From Thermoplasmata archaeon (GTDB taxonomy: Archaea > Thermoplasmatota > Thermoplasmata > Lutacidiplasmatales > UBA184): DNA of 60,834 nt. A model generated the notes under the pieces. The model was not told the DNA's origin, made no database searches, and saw only the letters and a program-made list of their open reading frames with translations. Numbering within the stretch: the first letter of the stretch is position 1; each line of letters begins with the position of its first letter. Below are positions 10,138-18,527 of the stretch, in pieces. The DNA lies in contig JASHQN010000098.1 in NCBI GenBank assembly GCA_030039135.1, positions 1 through 60,834 on the forward strand. The letters are read 5' to 3'. Both the position numbers and the translations under genes were made by a program.

Positions 10138-10257
10138 GGCGGGCTACCGCCCGCCTCACCTGATGGCAGAGAGAAATACCTGCCGCCCGAGGGGTAAGGG
10201 CCGGACCGAGCCGTGAACGAGCCCGGCCGTGCGTCACCCTCGCGCGGTGTCGTCGGC

Positions 10258-10264
10258 TTTATAT
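10258..10264 (+). promoter_or_regulatory. TATA box upstream of the ssb leader
   Basis: TTTATAT, about 155 nt before ATG 10419. Confidence 0.6.
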
Positions 10265-10418
10265 CCACCGCCCGGTCTCGATAGCCTAGAGGAATTCGCG
10301 AGCCGAGCCCGAATCGAGCGTCCCGCCCGTCCTAGTTACGACGAGTGTTCGCGCGAGTAGTGTTGAGCCACGATTTCCCAACGCGAAACGCGAACCAAGA
10401 CCAGAAGGCGAAGAAGCG

Positions 10419-10907
10419 ATGGTAGACAAACCCCTGACGAAAGTGCGAGACCTGACGCCGAACTCGAAGCAAGTGAACGTGCTCTCCAAGGTGCTGAGCG
10501 TGGGCGAGCCGAAAGAGGTCATGGGCAAGTTCGGCGACCCCCGCAAGGTGTGCGAGGCCGTCGTCGGCGACGACTCGGCGGTCATCACCCTCTCCCTGTG
10601 GAACGAGCAGATCGGAACGATCGCGAAGGACGAAGTGATCCTGGTGGACAACGGCTACGTGTCGCTCGTCCGCGGGCACATGCGTCTCAACGTCGGTCGC
10701 TACGGCAACCTCTCGAAGTCGACCGAGGCGATCGGCGAGGTCAACTCGAGCCTCGACATGAGCCAGCAGGAATTCGAGAGCGAGCGCCGGTCGTACGGCG
10801 GCGGCTTCCGTGACCGCGGAAGCGGCGGGTACGGCGGCCGGTATTCCGGCGGCGGCGGCGGTAGCGGCGGGAGCCGAGAGCGCTCCGACAGCTACAAGCG
10901 CTACTAG
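10419..10907 (+). CDS. ssb: Single OB-fold single-stranded nucleic-acid binding protein with Gly/Arg-rich tail
   Basis: KVRDLTP..VNV..KV, AVVGDDSAVI.LSLWNEQ, NGYV; tail GGFRDRGSGGYGGRYSGGGG. Confidence 0.88.
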   Translation: MVDKPLTKVRDLTPNSKQVNVLSKVLSVGEPKEVMGKFGDPRKVCEAVVGDDSAVITLSLWNEQIGTIAKDEVILVDNGYVSLVRGHMRLNVGRYGNLSKSTEAIGEVNSSLDMSQQEFESERRSYGGGFRDRGSGGYGGRYSGGGGGSGGSRERSDSYKRY

Positions 10908-10941
10908 CCCGGCCCTTCCCGACCCGTTCCCGAACCCGTTC

Positions 10942-10970
10942 CCCCGCCCCGGAAGAGGGCGGGGCGCTTT
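10942..10970 (+). terminator. Possible terminator hairpin after ssb
   Basis: CCCCGCCC (10942-49) pairs with GGGCGGGG (10957-64), followed by CGCTTT. Confidence 0.45.
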
Positions 10971-11022
10971 CGTTCCCGCGCCGCATCCGATTAATAGGGC
11001 GTCCCGCTCCGGCCGTCCACCG

Positions 11023-11703
11023 ATGGCCGACGACCTCCACGAGCTGACGCTCTACGTACAGTCGAAAAAGGCGGTCACGACGTTCTACCGCCCCTCGCCG
11101 AGCCCGGTCCCGGGCTTCGGCCCCGCCCCGGGCGTCGAGGGATCGGTGCCGGCGACCGGGACGGAGTACTCTACGCGCGGCGACGAGAGCGTGTACTTCC
11201 TCTCCGACGACCAGGCCCGATGCGTCGCCCACGCGGAGGAGGTCGCCAGCCGCCGCGGCTACCATGTCAAGGTCATCGACGTCGAGCGGAGCGGACGGGT
11301 CGAGCGGCTCATCGCCGAGCACCTGCGCGGCGTGCAGACGTTTCCCGTACTGATCTCGCCGATGGGGTTCCGGCTCGAAGGGGCCGAGAGCTTCAGCGAC
11401 GAGAGCCTCGCCGAGCTCATGCCGACCGAGCTCAAGAGCGCCCGAGCGTTCAGTTACCTCAAGGTCAAGGGCGGCGATCTCGACCGGATCCGGACCCAGC
11501 TCCAGACGATGGCCGAGGTCAAGGAGGTCCATCTCCTGACGGGCGACTGGGACCTGCTCGTCGTCCTCGACTTCCCTCCGTCATCGGGCTCGAAGCGTCG
11601 GGTGCTCGATTTCGTTACCGAGCGGGTCCGGGGGATCCCCGAGGTCATTGACACCTCGACGGTCGTGCCCGAGTATTCGGTGACCAAGTTCCCCATCCCC
11701 TAG
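11023..11703 (+). CDS. Fusion of a thioredoxin/glutaredoxin-like domain and an Lrp/AsnC ligand-binding (RAM) domain
   Basis: VKVIDV...TFPVL; C-terminal VKEVHLLTGDWDLLV..., IPEVIDTST; TTAATA at 10991. Confidence 0.7.
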   Translation: MADDLHELTLYVQSKKAVTTFYRPSPSPVPGFGPAPGVEGSVPATGTEYSTRGDESVYFLSDDQARCVAHAEEVASRRGYHVKVIDVERSGRVERLIAEHLRGVQTFPVLISPMGFRLEGAESFSDESLAELMPTELKSARAFSYLKVKGGDLDRIRTQLQTMAEVKEVHLLTGDWDLLVVLDFPPSSGSKRRVLDFVTERVRGIPEVIDTSTVVPEYSVTKFPIP

Positions 11704-11754
11704 CGACGGGCCACACGGGCGGGGTCAGAACCGAGCCGGCCGATCGTCGTCCCG

Positions 11755-14700
11755 TCACCGCCGGCGGGGCCGTCGCCGCCGGCCCGGCACGACGGGGAGC
11801 TGCGGGGACTCGGCGTGCGGACCCGGGCCCGGCTCGCGCGAACCGTAGAGGGGCTCGACGGTGAGCGGGTGGTCCTCGAGCCAGGCGACCCCTTCGACGT
11901 AGGCCGCGAACGCCTCGAGGCTCGTGAAGAGCGGAATGCCAAGTTCGACCGCGCGACGTCGGAGGACGTATTCGTCCTCGAGCATCTGCTCGAACTTCTC
12001 CTGGGTGAGCGATAGCGGCACGTTGAGCAGGAGGTCGATCTCCCCCCGGTCGAGCGCCTCCACGACGTTCGGGTGGCGGTCGGGCTCGCTCACCTTGTGC
12101 AGGATATGGACCCCGCGGAGTCCGCGGGCGGCCAGGAACGCCCCGGTATCCTCCGTCGCCGCAAGACGGAGACCGAGCGCGCGCAACCGAAGCGCGATCG
12201 GAAGGAGCTGTTCCTTCAGCGTGGGGCCCCCGACCGAGAGGAACGCCGTCCCGCGTCGCGGGACGAGGCGGACCCCGGTCGCGACGAGAGCCTTGACGAG
12301 CGCGTCGGAGAACGTCGGCCCGAAACAGGCGACCTCTCCCGTCGACTGCATCTCGACGCCCAGGAGGGGGTCCGAGCCCGCGAGCTGGAGGAACGAGAAC
12401 TGGGGCACCTTGACGCCCCAGCGCCCCGGAGGGAGCGCGGCGAGGCCTTCCTGGGAGATCGGGCGACCGAGCATCGCGCGGGCCGCCTCGCGCAAGAGCG
12501 GGATGCCGGTCGCCTTCGTCAGGAACGGCAGCGATCGGCTCGCGCGCAGATTCAGCTCGATGATCTGGTAGGCCTCGTCCTTCACCAGGAACTGGACGTT
12601 GAACGGCCCCCGGATCGCGAGGGTGCGGGCGAGCCGACCGGCCGCGTCGAGCAGCGCGGACTGAACCGCCGCCGACGTGTGCCGGGGCGGCAGGCAGAAC
12701 ATCGCGTCCCCCGAGTGCACGCCCGCCCGTTCGACGTGCTCGAGGATACCGCCCACGAGGACCCTGGTCCCGTCGGAGATCCCGTCGAGCTCGACCTCGT
12801 CCGCCCCCTCGACGAACTTCGTGATCACGACCGGATGCTCGGGGGAGACGCGGGCGGCCATCGAGAGGAAGCGTCCCAGATCGGCGCGCCCGGCGATCAC
12901 CCGCATCGCCTGACCGCTGAGGACGTAGGACGGCCGCACGAGCACCGGATAGCCGACCTCGTCCGCGAACGCCGCGGCCTCGTCGACCGTCGTGAACGCC
13001 CGCCACGCCGGCTGCGGGATCTTCAGGCGTTCGAGGAGGCGCGCGAACCGCGCACGATCCTCGGCGGTATCGATCGATTCGGCCGGGGTTCCGAGGATCG
13101 GGATCCCGCACATCGTCAGGAGAGGGGTCAGGTTCTGCGCGAGCTGGCTTCCGACGCACGTGACGACCCCGCGGAACGATTCGAAGTCGACGAGGTCGCG
13201 GACGCGCTCGAGCGTGATCTCCTCGAAGTAGAGCCGGTCGGACCGGTCGTAGTCGGTCGAGACGGTCTCGGGGTTCGAGTTCAGCAGGACGACCCCGAGC
13301 ACCCCCTCCGCCTTGAGCCCGTCGACGAGGTTCATCGTCGACCAATCGAACTCGACGCTCGAACCGATGCGGTACGGCCCGGCGCCGATCACCAGGACCG
13401 AGCCGCTCGGCATCGGGCGGACGTCGTCCGCATCGGCGCGGTAGGTCACGTAGAGATAGTTCGTCCGGGCCGGCCACTCGCCCGCGAGCGTGTCGATCAT
13501 GCGGACGCGGGGCCGGATCCCCTCCACGAGGCGGCGGTGCCGGACCTCCTCCTCGTCGAGATGCGCCCGCCGTCCGATCGCGCGGTCGGAGAAGCCGAGC
13601 TCCTTCGCGCGCCGAAGGAGCGGCGCCGGGGTCGAGCCGCCCGCGATCTCGGTCAGCGCACGGTCGGTTGCCTCGATCTCGGCGAGACAGTCGATGAACC
13701 ACGGGTCGATCCACGACGCACGGCTGATCGTCGCCGGGTCGATCCCCGCCCGCAGGGCCTCGAGCACCCGGTAGAGGATCTCGGGCGTCGGTTCCGCGAG
13801 GTCGGCGAGGATCGCCGCCCGTTCCCGCACCTCGGACGGCGGGAGGAGGTCCGCCCGGGGATCCCCCATCCGGACCGCCTTCGAGATCGCCTCCGGGAAC
13901 GACGCGCCGATGCCCATGACCTCCCCGACGGACTTCATCGCGGGCCCGAGACGGCGGTCGGCCCGCTCGAACTTGTCGAGGTCCCACCGCGGCAGCTTGA
14001 CGACGACGTAGTCGAGCGCCGGCTCGAAGCACGCCGTCGTGACGCCGGTGATCCGGTTCTTGAGCTCGGGGAGGGTGTAGCCGAGCGCGAGCTTCGCCGC
14101 GACGTACGCGAGCGGGTAGCCGGTCGCCTTGCTGGCCAGCGCGCTCGATCGGGAGAGCCGCGCATTGATCTCGATCGCGTAGTACTCGTCGCTCGCCGGA
14201 TCGAGGCAGAACTGGATGTTGCACTCCCCCACGATCCCGCACGCGGCGACCGCACGCATCGCGGCCTGGCGCAGCATCTGGTACTCGTAGTCGGTCAGCG
14301 TCTGGCTGGGGGCGATGACGATGTTGTCGCCGGTGTGGACCCGCATCCCGAGAACGTTCTCCATGTTGCAGACGGTGAGCACGTTCCCTCGTGCGTCGCG
14401 TACGACCTCGTATTCGAGCTGCTTGAACGCCCCGACGTACCGCTCGAGCAGCACCTGACCGACCGGGCTCGCTCGGAGGCCGCGCCCGACCACGTCGGCG
14501 AGCTCGTCGCGGCTGCGGGCGACCCCTCCGCCCTTTCCGCCGAGCGTGTAGGCGACGCGCACCATCACCGGGTACCCGAGCTCCTCCGCCGCGGCGGCGG
14601 CCGCCTCGAGGTCGTAGACCGCCCGGCTCGGCAGCGTCGGGACCCGGGCCCGCGCCATCGTCCGGACGAACTTCGCCCGATCTTCCGTGGCGCGGATCCC

Positions 14701-15060
14701 CGAGAGGGGGGTCCCCAGAACGCGGGTCCCGGACCGACGGAGAGCGCCGGAATCGGCGAGCTGAACACCGCAGTTGAGCGCGGTCTGGCCGCCGAACGAG
14801 AGCAGGATCCCCTCCGGTCGCTCGGCCTCGAGGATCGGGGCAACGAACTCGGGAACGAGCGGCTGGAAGTAGACCCGGCCGAGCTTCACCGGGTCGGTCT
14901 GGAGCGTCGCGATGTTCGGGTTGACGACGACGGCGTAGACCCCCTCCTCCTCGAGGGCCTTGAGGCACTGACTTCCCGAGTAGTCGAACTCTCCCGCCTC
15001 GCCGATCTTCAGCGCGCCGCTCCCCAGGAGAAGCGCCTTCGAGGGGACCGACGCGGTCAT
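11755..15060 (-). CDS. carB: Carbamoyl-phosphate synthase large subunit
   Basis: GSGALKIGEAGEFDYSG, HTGDNI, IEINARLSRSSALASKATGYP, NSNPETVSTDYD, MGS-like C-terminal domain; start ATG 15060. Confidence 0.97.
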   Translation of the reverse strand: MTASVPSKALLLGSGALKIGEAGEFDYSGSQCLKALEEEGVYAVVVNPNIATLQTDPVKLGRVYFQPLVPEFVAPILEAERPEGILLSFGGQTALNCGVQLADSGALRRSGTRVLGTPLSGIRATEDRAKFVRTMARARVPTLPSRAVYDLEAAAAAAEELGYPVMVRVAYTLGGKGGGVARSRDELADVVGRGLRASPVGQVLLERYVGAFKQLEYEVVRDARGNVLTVCNMENVLGMRVHTGDNIVIAPSQTLTDYEYQMLRQAAMRAVAACGIVGECNIQFCLDPASDEYYAIEINARLSRSSALASKATGYPLAYVAAKLALGYTLPELKNRITGVTTACFEPALDYVVVKLPRWDLDKFERADRRLGPAMKSVGEVMGIGASFPEAISKAVRMGDPRADLLPPSEVRERAAILADLAEPTPEILYRVLEALRAGIDPATISRASWIDPWFIDCLAEIEATDRALTEIAGGSTPAPLLRRAKELGFSDRAIGRRAHLDEEEVRHRRLVEGIRPRVRMIDTLAGEWPARTNYLYVTYRADADDVRPMPSGSVLVIGAGPYRIGSSVEFDWSTMNLVDGLKAEGVLGVVLLNSNPETVSTDYDRSDRLYFEEITLERVRDLVDFESFRGVVTCVGSQLAQNLTPLLTMCGIPILGTPAESIDTAEDRARFARLLERLKIPQPAWRAFTTVDEAAAFADEVGYPVLVRPSYVLSGQAMRVIAGRADLGRFLSMAARVSPEHPVVITKFVEGADEVELDGISDGTRVLVGGILEHVERAGVHSGDAMFCLPPRHTSAAVQSALLDAAGRLARTLAIRGPFNVQFLVKDEAYQIIELNLRASRSLPFLTKATGIPLLREAARAMLGRPISQEGLAALPPGRWGVKVPQFSFLQLAGSDPLLGVEMQSTGEVACFGPTFSDALVKALVATGVRLVPRRGTAFLSVGGPTLKEQLLPIALRLRALGLRLAATEDTGAFLAARGLRGVHILHKVSEPDRHPNVVEALDRGEIDLLLNVPLSLTQEKFEQMLEDEYVLRRRAVELGIPLFTSLEAFAAYVEGVAWLEDHPLTVEPLYGSREPGPGPHAESPQLPVVPGRRRRPRRR

Positions 15061-16199
15061 GCGCGCCGCCGCACCTTCTCGGCGAACCGGTCGAAGACGA
15101 ACCCCGCCTCCTGGGGCCCCGGGTGCCCCTCGGGGTGACCCTGGAGCGCGAGGATGCGACCCGCCCGGTCGCGCAGCCCCTCGAGGGTGCGGTCGTCGGG
15201 GTTCGTGGCCCACGGATCGAGGCCGGTCCCCTGCAGGGAGGCGGGGTCCACGGCGTAGCCGTGGTTCTCGCTCACGATGAGCGCCCGACCGTCCGGGAAC
15301 TCGATCGTCTTGTTCTGTCCTCGGTGGCCGTACTTGAGCTTGAACGTCGTCGCTCCCCGTGCCAGCGCGATCAACTGGTGGCCGAGACAGATACCGAGCG
15401 TCGGGAGCGAGCGGTTGGACGGTCGGCCGAGCTCCTCGATCGTCGCCGCAAGCTCGGCGGGGTCGCCCGGGCCGTTGCCGACGAGGAGTCCGGCGACCCG
15501 GCGGCCCTCCCACTTCGCGGGGACCTCGTGGTCGTAGGGCAGCCGAAGGACGCTCAGGCGTCGGTCGAGGAGCGCCCGGACGATGCTCGCCTTGATCCCG
15601 CAATCGAGCACCGCGACCAGCGGTCCGTGATCCCGAGCGATCAGCGTCGGACGCTTGGGCGCGACCTCCTCCATGAACGACTCCTCGCCATACTGAGGAG
15701 CCGAGCGTATCGCGCGCGCGAGCTCCTCGTCCGACGGCCGCCGTTCGGGCCGGCCCACGTCGACGACCCCTCGAACGACCCCTCGCGCGCGAAGATGTTC
15801 GGTGAGCCGCCGGGTATCGACGCCGCGGATCCCCGGCACCCCTTCTCCGAGGAGCCACGACTCGAGGCTACGTGCGCTCGACCAGTGCTCCGGCGCCGTC
15901 GTGCCCCGAACGACGACGGCCCGCGGCTGGACCTCCTCGCTCTCGAGAAGCGGAAGCCCGTCCGGGTCCCGTCCGTCGGCCGGCACCCCGTAGTTGCCGA
16001 GCAGCGGGTAGGTGAACGTGAGGATCTGCCCGCGGTACGACGGGTCCGTCAGCGACTCGGGGTAGCCGACCATGCCGGTCGTGAAGACGACCTCACCCAC
16101 CCGGCGGGCCGCCGCACCGAACCCCTCGCCGTCGAACCGGGTGCCGTCCTCCAGAAACAGAGTCCCCCCGAGCGCGCTCGCCTCAGCGCGGACCGGCAC
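15057..16199 (-). CDS. carA: Carbamoyl-phosphate synthase small subunit
   Basis: GEVVFTTGMVGYPESLTDPSY, NGPGDP, GICLGHQ, QGHPE. Confidence 0.97.
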   Translation of the reverse strand: MPVRAEASALGGTLFLEDGTRFDGEGFGAAARRVGEVVFTTGMVGYPESLTDPSYRGQILTFTYPLLGNYGVPADGRDPDGLPLLESEEVQPRAVVVRGTTAPEHWSSARSLESWLLGEGVPGIRGVDTRRLTEHLRARGVVRGVVDVGRPERRPSDEELARAIRSAPQYGEESFMEEVAPKRPTLIARDHGPLVAVLDCGIKASIVRALLDRRLSVLRLPYDHEVPAKWEGRRVAGLLVGNGPGDPAELAATIEELGRPSNRSLPTLGICLGHQLIALARGATTFKLKYGHRGQNKTIEFPDGRALIVSENHGYAVDPASLQGTGLDPWATNPDDRTLEGLRDRAGRILALQGHPEGHPGPQEAGFVFDRFAEKVRRRA

Positions 16200-16345
16200 G
16201 GGCGTGAGGAACCCGAAGAGAAGGAGGAGAGGGTTCGTCCTTAAGATTTGCCGTCGGCGAACGCGCGCGACGGGCGCCGCGGGGAGCGAAATCGGCCCGG
16301 GCCGACGAAGTAGCCCTGAAATTCCCGCGCCGAGTGGGACCTTCG

Positions 16346-17341
16346 ATGCCGGGCTTTCCGCGGCTGCGTCCTTCCTACGACCTCGTGATCGTGGGCGGAG
16401 GGCACGCAGGTCTTCAGGCCGGACTCAAGGCCGCGCTCCTCGGCTACTCGGCGGCGATCGTCGATCGGGGGCCGAAGTACTCGCGGTCCTACTATGCGCC
16501 GAAGATGGACAACATCCCCGGTTTCCCGGAGGGGATCTCGGGACACCGCCTGCTCGACACGCAGATCGCGTCCGTCCGTCGGATGGAGGCCGCGGTCGAT
16601 TACTTCACGCCGGCCACGGCGGCGGCGGTCGAGCGGATGGACAACGGCTTCTCCGTGACGTTCGAGTGGTTGAAACAGACCCACGTCGCGCGAGGACGCG
16701 CGCTCGTCCTCGCGATGGGGGTCGTGGACCGGATCCCCGAGGTCGCCGGCAAGATCGACCCGATCTTCCCGTGGGCCAACCAGGCGATCGTCGATTTCTG
16801 CATCCTCTGCGACGGCCACGAGCTCACGGGAAAGTCGGTGGGCGTCATCGGACACGACGCCTTCGCCGCGCGGACGGCGCTCGACCTCTGGCACTTCCGC
16901 CCGACGTCGGTGACCCTGCTGACCCACGGCCGTCCGTTGCTCGAGGGTGCCCCCGCGGACGAGCGCGCCGCGCTGTCCTCGGCGCTCGCCGAGCACGGCA
17001 TCGACGCGGTCGAGCCCGAGATCGCGGGGTTCGACGAGCTTCGGGAGAAGCGCTTCGGCGTGAGGTTCGTGGACGGGAGCCACCGTGGCTTCGACCGCGG
17101 CTTCAGCGCGCTGGGCTGGTACGACATGCATCAGACGCTCCCGCGATCGCTCGGTTGCCGGTTCGACCCGGACGGCTACGTCGCGACGGACGAGGACTGC
17201 CGGGCGCTGGATGCGGTGACGGGAGCGCCGATTCCCGGGCTGTACTGCGTCGGCGACCAGCGCAGCGGCTGGAACCAGATCCCCGAGGCGTGGGCGACCG
17301 CCGAGCGGGCCGTGATCCACGCGTACGCGGAGTACCTGTAG
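16346..17341 (+). CDS. Thioredoxin-reductase-like FAD-dependent oxidoreductase
   Basis: IVGGGHAG, FCILCDG (CxxC), PGLYCVGD. Confidence 0.85.
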   Translation: MPGFPRLRPSYDLVIVGGGHAGLQAGLKAALLGYSAAIVDRGPKYSRSYYAPKMDNIPGFPEGISGHRLLDTQIASVRRMEAAVDYFTPATAAAVERMDNGFSVTFEWLKQTHVARGRALVLAMGVVDRIPEVAGKIDPIFPWANQAIVDFCILCDGHELTGKSVGVIGHDAFAARTALDLWHFRPTSVTLLTHGRPLLEGAPADERAALSSALAEHGIDAVEPEIAGFDELREKRFGVRFVDGSHRGFDRGFSALGWYDMHQTLPRSLGCRFDPDGYVATDEDCRALDAVTGAPIPGLYCVGDQRSGWNQIPEAWATAERAVIHAYAEYL

Positions 17342-17357
17342 GAGGGGCGCGACGCCG

Positions 17358-18110
17358 CTAGCCGGCGGGCGCGGGGCGTACCGGGCCGGCCACATCGAGA
17401 TGCCGCGCGAGCTCGGCGAGGTCCTTCGCGACCGCGGAGGCTCCCGCCGCGAGGAACCGCTCTTCGGACACCGGCTCCGGGGCTTTCTCGGACGGGTCGG
17501 GCAGGATTCCGTAGAAGCGAATCCGAGCCCGGGTCGCGCATTCGGCGTCGATCAAGTGGTCGCCCACGAACAGTGCCCGCTCGTCGGGGATCCCCATCTC
17601 GCGCAGCAAGAGGTGAAGCGCCTCGGGAGACGGCTTCTGAGGGCCCGGGGAGCTGCGGCTCCGCAGGTAGGGGAAGTACCGGTCGAGCCCCGTGCGGGCG
17701 AGCGCGTTCCGAGCGAAGAACTCTGAGGCGCGGGTCAGCACGCCGAGGCGGAACCCTCGTTCGGTGAGCGCGCTCAACAGTGCGTCCGCCCCGGAGCGCG
17801 CGACGGTCCGGGGAAGCGCCTCGGCCTCGATCGCGTCGATCCGCTGCTGGTAGGTGGTCTCGAACCGGAAGATGTTGCCCTCGGGAGCGCCCGATCCCAC
17901 GAGCTCGGCCCGGGCGTTCTCCACGATCCGGTGGATGGGCTCATCGGGGGAGAGGTGACCGGGAGTCACCCCGTACTGCTCGGCGATCCGGATCACCTCG
18001 TGTCGCATCCTACCGAAGTCGTGGTGCGAGAGCACGAGCGTGCCGTCGAGGTCGAAGACGACCCCGAGCGGCGGCTCGAGGAAGTGCGGCGCGGAATCGC
18101 GGGGCGGCAT
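17358..18110 (-). CDS. HAD-superfamily hydrolase
   Basis: FDLDGTL, LT, KPSP, VGDHLID motifs. Confidence 0.88.
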   Translation of the reverse strand: MPPRDSAPHFLEPPLGVVFDLDGTLVLSHHDFGRMRHEVIRIAEQYGVTPGHLSPDEPIHRIVENARAELVGSGAPEGNIFRFETTYQQRIDAIEAEALPRTVARSGADALLSALTERGFRLGVLTRASEFFARNALARTGLDRYFPYLRSRSSPGPQKPSPEALHLLLREMGIPDERALFVGDHLIDAECATRARIRFYGILPDPSEKAPEPVSEERFLAAGASAVAKDLAELARHLDVAGPVRPAPAG

Positions 18111-18186
18111 GTCCCCTCCTGCCGAGATGGCACCGGAAGGGCAGGTAAGGATTTGCCTCCAGCGGAACGAGGGGTCCGGGGACGCG

Positions 18187-18474
18187 TCAGGGCACCTCGT
18201 GGAACGCGAGACCGTACCACGTGGACCGCTCTCGGTCGTAGGTCGTGCCGCACTGATAGCAGAAGAAGATCCGGGCGGGAGGCTCCTTCGGTTCGAACTC
18301 CATCGCGTTCCCGCAGATCGGGCAACAGAGTTTCGTCTGGATCTCGGGAAGTCCGTGCCAGACGTCGCGTCGTCGGTCGTAGACCACGCCGTGATGGGCG
18401 CAGACGAACATCGGATACGCCACGGGCGCGCCGGTCGGCCCGGCCATCGCGCGGCCGCACACTGGACAGTACAT
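18187..18474 (-). CDS. Small duplicated zinc-ribbon protein (95 aa)
   Basis: MYCPVCG...CAHHG..YDR.R..W.GL then CPICG...CYQCG..YDR.R..W.GL; ATG 18474. Confidence 0.78.
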   Translation of the reverse strand: MYCPVCGRAMAGPTGAPVAYPMFVCAHHGVVYDRRRDVWHGLPEIQTKLCCPICGNAMEFEPKEPPARIFFCYQCGTTYDRERSTWYGLAFHEVP

Positions 18475-18527
18475 CGCGGGTGACAGCGGCGTCCGGGCCG
18501 AAGAATCTGACGCTAGGCGACTTTGGT

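Noticed and set aside
10165..10184. GGCA-N-TGCC palindromes upstream of the TPR gene and the HAD gene (about 18140) as a shared operator
   Set aside because: Different spacing, 4-5 bp arms and only two instances
10913..10943. Short ACCCGTTCCC direct repeats after ssb as CRISPR-like
   Set aside because: Only two 10-nt copies with no spacers and no cas genes; probably part of the terminator region
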